Positions 1-8,200 of a DNA stretch of 64,000 nt are shown in pieces. The number at the start of each line of letters is the position of its first letter. Position 1 is the stretch's first letter. The stretch is from an uncultured Candidatus Poseidoniales archaeon (lineage in GTDB: Archaea; Thermoplasmatota; Poseidoniia; Poseidoniales; Thalassarchaeaceae). The translations under genes were made by a program, and so were the position numbers. A model generated the notes under the pieces. The model had not been told where the DNA came from, did no database searches, and saw only the letters and a program-made list of their open reading frames with translations. The DNA lies in contig CAYFFQ010000002.1 of assembly GCA_964342465.1 (NCBI GenBank), positions 156,635 through 220,634 of the forward strand, read 5' to 3'.

Positions 1-138
1 TGCGCCATGACTCCAGCCATCAGTGCCACTTTTGACGCCGATGAACTGCATTCCCTCTTCCAACCAGAAAATCATCTCGGTGTCAGTGCAGAACTGGTCG
101 ATGAAGCAGTTTCCTTAGCGCGACTGGCCCTAGAATGA
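1..138 (+). CDS. 3' end of an unidentified protein gene, truncated by the window edge
   Basis: Frame 1 is open from base 1 to the TGA at 136-138 (..ELVDEAVSLARLALE*). The fragment is too short to assign a family. Confidence 0.3.
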   Translation, partial: CAMTPAISATFDADELHSLFQPENHLGVSAELVDEAVSLARLALE

Positions 139-236
139 CCATCCACCTTGGATGACTCCTCTCGCAAATATCTGTGTTGGTCAACCGCTAAAGCACCACT
201 GAGAGTCATCCTCACGGAAAAATTGTGGCGTCATTA

Positions 237-482
237 TCAGGTGATTAGCATCAGTGCACCCAAGACCAGTCCGGTCAGACTGGCGGTGATGACGAGTAGT
301 AGAATCATCCCTGCTGGACCGTGTTGGTTTTTGTCTCGTAGGGCGGTGCCAATCAGGCCGTCCACACGGATAGCCGCCCGAAGGTCCCCCTCAACTTCTT
401 CGAAGGCAGGGAGGGCTCTCTTGGTGATGCGCTCACCGTCATCACCATCGCTCATAACCGAGCGCAGAGGTGAGATGGTCAT
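237..482 (-). CDS. Small tail-anchored membrane protein, hypothetical
   Basis: The ORF ends in a hydrophobic helix (AGMILLLVITASLTGLVLGALMLIT). The opposite-strand ORF 148..549 is Arg/Ser-rich and looks spurious. The start is placed at the internal Met (MTISPLRS) so it does not overlap the divergent gene at 546; the longest ORF runs to 581. Confidence 0.35.
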   Translation of the reverse strand: MTISPLRSVMSDGDDGERITKRALPAFEEVEGDLRAAIRVDGLIGTALRDKNQHGPAGMILLLVITASLTGLVLGALMLIT

Positions 483-545
483 AGTGATTGCCTTCACAGT
501 ATTTGAATGGACTAAGTATTCAAGAGCCGCGGATTCTCCCCGTAG

Positions 546-1121
546 TTGATGGGACTTCCTGAACTGCCTCGTCTTACCCACCTTGCTGTTGAGTCGGGTG
601 CCGGTGGGACTACTCTCTCACTACAATACGGCAGACAAGTACTCCTCGCCGGAGGGAGGGTCATCTGGCTTTGTTCTGTATCACCACACAGCACGAGATT
701 TGCCCAACTTTTCGGGGAATTGTCACCATCATTACTGGCCAAGTTTCATCTGGTGGAATTTGGTGCGGAGAATATCAACGCCATCAACGATGTAATCACC
801 CTGCTCGCCAGTTTGAATCCGAATCTAGTCGTTATCGATGATTGGACCCCTCGCACCGGACAAGTCTCTACCATCACACTCGACGCAATACGACGACTCG
901 ATGCTGCGACGAAGAGGTCATCGTGCTCGTTGTTGTTGGTATCATCACTCTACTCGGATGCTGGGGGAGAAGTAGAATGGCGAATAAGGGGCGAGGCGTC
1001 CATCAAAGAATTGGAGCCAACGACTTGGCGACTCACCAAGAAAGAATCTGGGGGATATAGGGTCCTAAAGACAGGGGAATGCGAGGTCAATTTGAGAATG
1101 TCAGCGAGTGGACTGACTTGA
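546..1121 (+). CDS. RecA/KaiC/RadB-fold protein with a degenerate Walker A
   Basis: The layout is P-loop-like (AVESGAGGTTLSLQ), then GGRVIWL, then a Walker-B-like hydrophobic strand (NLVVIDDW), which is typical of RadB/KaiC-type ATPases. The Walker A lysine is absent. Confidence 0.5.
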   Translation: MMGLPELPRLTHLAVESGAGGTTLSLQYGRQVLLAGGRVIWLCSVSPHSTRFAQLFGELSPSLLAKFHLVEFGAENINAINDVITLLASLNPNLVVIDDWTPRTGQVSTITLDAIRRLDAATKRSSCSLLLVSSLYSDAGGEVEWRIRGEASIKELEPTTWRLTKKESGGYRVLKTGECEVNLRMSASGLT

Positions 1122-1184
1122 CATCCGTCATCCGTATGAGATGGATAAATTGAGGCGGTGGTCACTTCAAAGTCTACATTTGAC

Positions 1185-1445
1185 CTATTCTTGGTATTCA
1201 ATACCTTGCGCTTCTGCGGCGGCAGCGAGAACATCAGCCATCTCTTCAAGAGCCTCATCATCCGGTTCATCGAATTGCGATGGGTCTTTGGCCGCCCCCG
1301 TCAACTCATCGGCACCAGCAATCGCTGGTAAATTGTCATCAGTTAGGTTGCTTTGATTTCTTTTCATTATTCTCCACATCACATATAGGAGGCCAGCCGA
1401 CAGCAAAAGAAGAACTGCGTATGCTATGTTGATTCCCTCTTCCAT
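1185..1445 (-). CDS. Small membrane protein with one N-terminal TM helix and an acidic tail, hypothetical
   Basis: The N-terminal hydrophobic helix is INIAYAVLLLLSAGLLYVMW, followed by a basic patch and an acidic C-terminus. Overlapping ORFs in other frames have poor composition. Confidence 0.45.
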   Translation of the reverse strand: MEEGINIAYAVLLLLSAGLLYVMWRIMKRNQSNLTDDNLPAIAGADELTGAAKDPSQFDEPDDEALEEMADVLAAAAEAQGIEYQE

Positions 1446-1470
1446 GCCCTTGCGAAGCGGCGCTACTCAA

Positions 1471-2697
1471 TTACCCCTTCGCCGGACGGTTCAGTGGTCG
1501 AGCGAGATGCCGTCTTTGTGAAAGGGGTGGTTCAACAAAATATCCTGCATCGCTTGTTGTTGATGCCAGCCACTCACAGTCTGTGGTGGATTTACAGGAG
1601 TCACAGCGTAATGGTTGTCCTCTTCCCTGCCGACGGTATCTGGTTCCACACCGACAATGTGGACGTCTCAGTTTGCGAGGAACAGCCTCGGAGAGTTTCA
1701 GCAATTCGAGATGAACATCCCCCTCACCAGAATGCAGACCCCCCCATACCACGACATCACCGACTTCGAGTTGCCTGAGCAGATAGTTCACTTCCCCACC
1801 CTCTTTGAAGGCAACGAGGTTGAACAATTCTTGACCATTCGAAACTGGTAGATGTGCGTGACCACCCCTTACCTCAAGGGGTTGTCCGACTACCAAGGCT
1901 GTATGCAGACAGACGAGGTGGTCTCCTGTGGCCTGATTGGTTTTGTGGACTCTGTATGAGTTGGATTGTTCCACTCCTGCCTGAGACTGAAGCCATAGGT
2001 GAGCTTGTTTTGCCTCTTTTTCTGTTTCCGCACGAATTCCATATAGAACGGGGCACGGAGTTGCAGGAGCAATCAATGTGCGGGTGCAGTTCGGGTCGCG
2101 ATTCAAGACTGTGTTTTTGAATTTCAAACACATCTCGTTGACGACCGATACGTCGACGCAACGCCTTGTACCGATATTTTCACTACATCGCCACGCTGTC
2201 GCTTCCCAAGTATGGTCACCAGACTGCGGCCACGCAACAGCAGAGGAGGCACCAATCAAACCTCGCCCTTCACATCTGCTCCAAATGTGGAGTCCCTCAA
2301 TCTGCTTGAGTTCTTCCCTTCTGGCCTCCAAGTTGACGTTTCCTCGAACCGCCTCCCAGTATAGGTGTGCAGATAATTCTCGGTCTGCCAAAACCAAAGC
2401 AGGACTGATGTTCCTCTCTTTCAACTGACTTTCTTCGTTGATTGGAAATGAACTGTCAAACCATCTGTTCACTGACCCAACCAGTGCATCGAAGTCGCCA
2501 CATGGATTGATTTCAGCCGCCAATGCCCCGTTGCCTCTGGTCCGATTGGGGGCGAATGGCCACAATCTGACCAGCCGTGGTGGGGCGACTAGTTTGTGAC
2601 CCTCACTTTCAAGATGGGTCAGAAGTTCGTTGAACTCCCAAGTTGTACAACCCCCGCCGAGATGGTCTGTGTCATCCAATCCGATGAAGGCCACCAC
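1471..2697 (-). CDS. tiaS: tRNA(Ile2) 2-agmatinylcytidine synthetase
   Basis: Motifs: N-terminal IGLDDTD..GCTT, PRLVRL.P..P.RTRGNGA, GRGLIGA, TPCPVLYGIR, a C-terminal zinc ribbon (CRCGTRYRRQGRGQPLRCDSC) and PP..RRHLARPL. These are collinear with archaeal TiaS. Confidence 0.9.
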   Translation of the reverse strand: MVAFIGLDDTDHLGGGCTTWEFNELLTHLESEGHKLVAPPRLVRLWPFAPNRTRGNGALAAEINPCGDFDALVGSVNRWFDSSFPINEESQLKERNISPALVLADRELSAHLYWEAVRGNVNLEARREELKQIEGLHIWSRCEGRGLIGASSAVAWPQSGDHTWEATAWRCSENIGTRRCVDVSVVNEMCLKFKNTVLNRDPNCTRTLIAPATPCPVLYGIRAETEKEAKQAHLWLQSQAGVEQSNSYRVHKTNQATGDHLVCLHTALVVGQPLEVRGGHAHLPVSNGQELFNLVAFKEGGEVNYLLRQLEVGDVVVWGGLHSGEGDVHLELLKLSEAVPRKLRRPHCRCGTRYRRQGRGQPLRCDSCKSTTDCEWLASTTSDAGYFVEPPLSQRRHLARPLNRPAKG

Positions 2698-2751
2698 ATT
2701 ACCTCCGGATGTAGGCGTATCGCCGGCCGGTCGCCTATTAGGATTGGCTCA

Positions 2752-3399
2752 TTACTGAACATTGTCGCCTTTGTCGAGTGGGTCAAGTACCCTTGCCAAA
2801 ACATCACTGATGCCGATGTCCGGGTGACAATGAAATGTTCTGATACCGAAGTTGAGGCCGGCCATCATGTCAGCTCTTCTGTCACCGACCATGAATGACC
2901 TACCCTCATCGACAGAACTGTAGTCTGCGCCGTAATCAAAAACCCCTACGGATTTGCCATTCTCGGCAGCGGAAAGAATCTGTCTGCCGACCTGCAACAT
3001 ACCCGGTCTTCCTTTCCTCGCCCAAGCAGCGCTCCACGGCACATAGGGGCTGTATAGAATCAGGTCGAGTTGCGCATCTTCATTTTGTGACAACAACTCT
3101 GCTTGCAGGGCGGAATGGATTTCTGCCAATCTGTCATGCCCCCAAAATCCACGGCCAATTGGTGATTGGTTGGTAACGATACAGATTCTGAATCCAGCAC
3201 GCCTCAATGTTGCGATGGCATCACCGGCATCGGAGAAGACCTGCAATTCTTCGACCGAATTGATATATGCCTCGCTACCGATGTTTAGGACCCCATCTCG
3301 GTCTAAGTAAGCGATATCCCCCCCCCAATTCTCGCCGTTTGGAAGGGGAATGGGCTCAATGAACTCATCCAACTTGTTCAAATGCCTGCTCGGAAGCAC
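2752..3399 (-). CDS. gmhB: HAD-IIIA phosphatase, D-glycero-D-manno-heptose 1,7-bisphosphate phosphatase-like
   Basis: Motifs: DRDGVLN (HAD motif I), VTNQSPIGRG (motif II) and GDRRADMMAG (motif IV). It sits next to a SIS phosphoheptose-isomerase-like gene. Confidence 0.65.
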   Translation of the reverse strand: MLPSRHLNKLDEFIEPIPLPNGENWGGDIAYLDRDGVLNIGSEAYINSVEELQVFSDAGDAIATLRRAGFRICIVTNQSPIGRGFWGHDRLAEIHSALQAELLSQNEDAQLDLILYSPYVPWSAAWARKGRPGMLQVGRQILSAAENGKSVGVFDYGADYSSVDEGRSFMVGDRRADMMAGLNFGIRTFHCHPDIGISDVLARVLDPLDKGDNVQ

Positions 3400-3410
3400 T
3401 ACATCTCACC

Positions 3411-4010
3411 TCAAGAATGACTGGGGAGGTTTCTCTCCAACTTCACCGCTTCCTTTACCATGTGATTGATGATGAGTTGCAGGTCCTCAATTTGCTCCAT
3501 CGAGATAGTATCACAAATAATCGCGATGTCAACCTGCTGAGCAAGTTTTCCGCCACGACCATTGTTGTAGTTCCCCGTCACAGCAGCAGTACGACAACCA
3601 ATTTCCTTCGCCTTCTCTATACCCTTGAGAACATTTTCCGAATTCCCTGAACCACTGTAGCCGATGACCAAATCACCCTCTTTAGCCCAAGTAGAAAGGG
3701 AGCCGGCAAACACATTGGCATACCCAGTGTCGTTCGCCCAGGCGGTCAATGAGGCGATGTTATCGGTATGGCATATAGTCTTGATGCCCAGTTCCTTGCT
3801 CCAATCGCCGGCAGAATGAGATGGAGTGGCTGCTGAGCCACCATTTCCGATGAAGTGGATGGTTCCATCGATATCCATGACCCTGATAAGTTCCAATGTC
3901 AGCCGATGCAGTGCATCGCTCTCAAGGTTATTCAGGGCGTGAGAAAGTGACCTCCGATAGCCGCTGAGAAATTGGTTGAAGTCACTGCTCTCCATGTTCT
4001 CTCGATACAA
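3411..4010 (-). CDS. gmhA: SIS-domain sugar-phosphate isomerase, phosphoheptose isomerase-like
   Basis: It has the SIS signature IHFIGNGGSAATPSH and GDLVIGYSGSGNSENV. Its length (199 aa) and layout match GmhA. Confidence 0.7.
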   Translation of the reverse strand: MYRENMESSDFNQFLSGYRRSLSHALNNLESDALHRLTLELIRVMDIDGTIHFIGNGGSAATPSHSAGDWSKELGIKTICHTDNIASLTAWANDTGYANVFAGSLSTWAKEGDLVIGYSGSGNSENVLKGIEKAKEIGCRTAAVTGNYNNGRGGKLAQQVDIAIICDTISMEQIEDLQLIINHMVKEAVKLERNLPSHS

Positions 4011-4105
4011 TCGCTGACGGGTAGTCTATTTACGACTTATTGCATCAGGGGAAGATAACCGACGATGTATATGGGGGATGTCGGCTGGCGAGGGGAGCAA
4101 TCTTG

Positions 4106-5035
4106 ATGGAGGAATACAGAGTCATCTTCGCTCTCATCGCACTCGCTAGCCTTGGTTTCTCGTTTTATACAGATTCTGTTCACAAACGCAGAATTGCTGC
4201 CGTCGGTTGGGCTTTCGTTGGACTATATTTCTTCCTTGACACACCTCATTATGTCGAAATATCCGACCCAGTGCTGATAGTTATGTCAGCAGCGACACTT
4301 CCACTTGGCATCTCGCTCGCACTTTTTGAGGTCAGAAGGGATGAGGGGCATCATCTCATAGAACCACTGGAGTGGTTGAAGGGTGCGGTGTTCTGGTCAG
4401 CCCTCCCTTATCTCGCATTATCTTGGATTCCAACTCTCTCAGTAGGATTGGTATGGCTGACGGCAGTTCAAGCGGTGTTGTTCCTCCGACTCGCCGGTGT
4501 CGCCGACCTGAGAGTGGGTCAAGCAATGGTGGAGTACGCGGACGGCACGACTGCCCCATTCAATGAGTTCCAAGGCTCACCCTGGTTCTACCTCGAACCT
4601 CTTGGGGAAGGGGGATTTTTTATTCCCATTCTCTCAAACGACGGTTCCCCTGCCGGTGTCTCTATGATACTCGCTTGTAGTGCGCTTCAGTCGATGATTG
4701 TCTTTGTTGGCGCCTTGGTCGCCCTCCAGCGGTCACCTTGGAAGGACAGAATCAAAGGGTTGATAATCACAGTTCCAGTAATCCATCTTCTGAACATCTT
4801 CAGGAACGCTGGCATCATCTACCTCGATATAGCCTATCGAGATTGGAATTGGCTCGGCCTCTCCATGTTCGATTTCTCACACACTTATGTGGCCAAGGTC
4901 GGCTCGCTGGCGGCGATGTTTCTGATGGCCGTTGTTCTCTTTGAGATATTACCGGAACTACATCACAACATTCTGCGATTGATGGATGTGTTTAATCCGA
5001 AACGAGCCGAATCAACCACTTCTGAGATAATCTGA
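4106..5035 (+). CDS. Archaeosortase-family integral membrane protein (ArtA-like)
   Basis: It is a polytopic membrane protein with the exosortase/archaeosortase catalytic-triad context in the expected order: Cys (MILACSALQSM), Arg (LLNIFRNAGIIY) and His (FSHTYVAKVG). The start is placed at the ATG (MEEYRVIF); the ORF track opens at a TTG at 4040. Confidence 0.55.
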   Translation: MEEYRVIFALIALASLGFSFYTDSVHKRRIAAVGWAFVGLYFFLDTPHYVEISDPVLIVMSAATLPLGISLALFEVRRDEGHHLIEPLEWLKGAVFWSALPYLALSWIPTLSVGLVWLTAVQAVLFLRLAGVADLRVGQAMVEYADGTTAPFNEFQGSPWFYLEPLGEGGFFIPILSNDGSPAGVSMILACSALQSMIVFVGALVALQRSPWKDRIKGLIITVPVIHLLNIFRNAGIIYLDIAYRDWNWLGLSMFDFSHTYVAKVGSLAAMFLMAVVLFEILPELHHNILRLMDVFNPKRAESTTSEII

Positions 5036-5213
5036 GGGTACAGAGGGACAATTATTCATCCTACCTACCTCACCAGTACGCTAGAGAGAGACCACCGCCG
5101 TCCAAATGGTTTGGAGTAAACAGTAGATATCGTTCGGTACAAGTGGCTTCGTTCATAAGCACGACTCTATCCAAAGGTTGGGAACGGTATTGTGGAAGAA
5201 TAGGCGGGTGGCA

Positions 5214-8200
5214 TCACCGCTTCTTCTTCAGTTTTTCAAGAACTTCACCGCTCAACGGCATGTTATGTTCCCAGGCGAACTCCTTCATCACTCGTAGCAC
5301 TTCCTTCTCCAGTTTGGGGTCACAGACTATGTCCTTAACCTCAATGATTTTATTGCGAGTGTTGGCTTTGAAGGCGGCAACAGGTTCTTCGTCGTAGAAT
5401 ACAAGATATGCAGAACCAAACCCGAATCGCTCGCGCAGAATCCCGGAAAAATATAGTGAGAGTGGGTCTGAAGGAGGAAGAACAAAATCTCTCATCGGGG
5501 GGATGTCAGAACCGCCTTCGAGCATCTCTTTTCTACCCCAACACACCTCGTTGAGGTCCTCCAACAAGAATCCCTTGATGAGATGGCCTGCGTCGACGAG
5601 ATGTTGAAGCACCGTCATCACCTCCTCCGGTTTGAATGGCTTTCCGGCCAATTTGGAGCACTGCTTGAAGGTGATGACCGGAATATCCTTGACAAGGTCA
5701 ATGAGATAATCCTGTTTGTGTTGCCATAGGTCAGACACCAAGAGTGGATGAACTGTCCTGAATCCACCTCTATAATCCTGTACGAGGTGACCCGAGCGAA
5801 TCAGCGGTTGTGCGAGTTTCCTGAACTCGGAGCGTTTGAGGGCATGTCTTTCCATGAAGATGGCGGGGTCGGAATTGTTGGAGAAGAATTCTAGAATATC
5901 TGTCAATTCTTCATTGGGTGGTAGGTTTCTGACCGTCAGCAATCTCTCGAAGTGTGCGTACGATGCATAGACTCGGTGACCGGTCAGGTTGGTTCCTTGA
6001 TGGAGTTGGTTGGCACTCGCCATCGATTCTAAGTTCACGCGGTAAGATTCACATCTACCGCGCAGTGCGAAGTCATCTCTAATTTCGTCGACCAATTTGA
6101 CAGCAATGGTCTCATTTTCACTTCTCATCTCTTGATGCAGACGGTGGTTGTGGAAGAGGACTCGGTTAGACTCTTTGACTGGCCTTGGGTCCATGATTCC
6201 GCCGCGAATCATCCTCTGGCCATCACCTATCGGTTTGAACCCGATTCTCTCAAATGCAGATATGGTCTCGGGCCTCGCCTCAGAAATGTTTTCTCCATTG
6301 AAATTGGTCAGGACGGAGATCTCGACCAAAGTGTCCCTATAATTGTTCAGTAACCTGTCAAACTGTTCGACGAATTCGTCAAGATAAGCGTGAGGAATGT
6401 GCACATCCTTGACCTCGAGGTAGTCGTTCACCTTGTACATCAATATCCTACCTACTGGGTCAACTCCCTTGAAGACGGGATAATACCAGCCCTGTTTGAG
6501 CACGAACCTGACTTCTTGGATGAATCGAGAACAGAACGGGTCGGATTGGGTTAGAATTCTCATCTGCCTGTCTTCTCTTGTTCTCTTTCTGACTTCGGCA
6601 ACATCGTCGGGGACACAGTAGAAATCGGTTAATCCGGGTTGCAGAGCCATCACTTTGGATATTTTCCCTGAATCATAGAGCATCTTCAATGTCCTGTCTA
6701 GTTCCTCACCTGCTTTAGAGACATACCAACCGAGTGTGTAACGTTTTACTGGGCCGATTCTGCGTATCAATTCGACCACCGCATCGGCGAACGGCATCGG
6801 CGAGTAGACATCATGCACACGATGGAAGAGGGGGAGACTTCTCTTTCTCTCTGCAGCTTCTTCGTACTGTTTGACAGTCAGTAATTGTCTCTCCATGTTG
6901 TTTATTGCATACTTCGCTCGGTTGAGAACATGCTTGTTGTCATCATCCCTAGGGATGTCTATCAACACCTGTTGCCGTGTCACATTTTGGCCTTTTGGAA
7001 CCTTCTCCAGCAATTTTGCCTCCATGTCTCCCACCCATGGTTCAGGCCTTAAGCCCAACAACAGTGGCAATTGACTTTTCTTGGTGTATCCGATTCTGTT
7101 ATGGAGCAACTTTCCCATCACGACATCTGAGTCATGCTTCATATCCTTCCAGTCAGAAAACCTGAATTCCTTGACTCTGTCTAACATCTCCTGCATCTTC
7201 TGAATCATCACATGTTCTTCGAGGGCGGCGAGAGGGTCATCGTGTAATTTGAATGACTTGTTCAGTAGTAGATTCTGCAGATTGCGGTAGGCGACCACAT
7301 CCTCTTCGCCTCCGGTCAGATAATGTTCGTCAACACGGAGGATGAATTCTCCTTCGTCTGTCTGTCTATAGAATCCGATGGTGACGACATTGCGCACCTC
7401 CAATTCGTGGAGGATATTCTCAATCATTACCTTGGGAAATGGCAACCTCTCCAATAGAACATCAAGAGTCTGAGGCCCCTCCGAGCCGAGCAGGTCAACT
7501 AGTTTGACGCGCAGGCACTCATGTGGGTCGGAGAGTTCTCTCGCCTCCCAATTCGTCGGCTGCGTATCATCGTATTCAGTGCTGACTTCGTATGTCAGGC
7601 CCGTTGTGTAGAGTTTTCTCAAGTCGTCTAGTTCCTCAGCGTGATGAGTGGAAAGCACACCGAGAGTGCCGTGGATATCCCCCATTCTCTTGGAGAACCA
7701 TTTGTGGTCAATGCCCTGATGGCCTGTATCTTTGATTCGTACAATGTCCTCGGATGCGATTAATTTTCTCACCCACTCTCTGACCGCCTCTTCTGCGATA
7801 CCGTGCAATTTGTGCGCGTAGAGTGGATGTTCGATATTTCTGTCGAGACCACCTCCAACCTCCATCAACTCCAGTAGACCATCGGCATCCTTCGGTGGGG
7901 CGACTTTGGCGTTGTAATATGAAATCAGTTCACCCTCATCCAATTGTGTCTGCAGTGCCCTCTGTCCGAGCATTCGTCGGAGAATTTCTGGGTCAATATC
8001 CTTGATGAGGTAGGCGCGAGTGCGCATGGAGAGCAAGTCTTCGAATGCACTCATGTAGAGATTCATTCCAATTGGAGAAGGGATCTTCACTCTTGTATGC
8101 AGAATCCTCGATTCACCGCTCACAACATCGGAAACGAATTGGTCGAGCCCATCAAAATCGAGGTCTTGATGGAAGATTTCATTGAACACCTCTTTGATAA

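Noticed and set aside
148-549. 133-aa + strand ORF at the left end
   Set aside because: Its composition is Arg/Ser/Pro-rich and low-complexity. It overlaps a more plausible tail-anchored ORF on the opposite strand.
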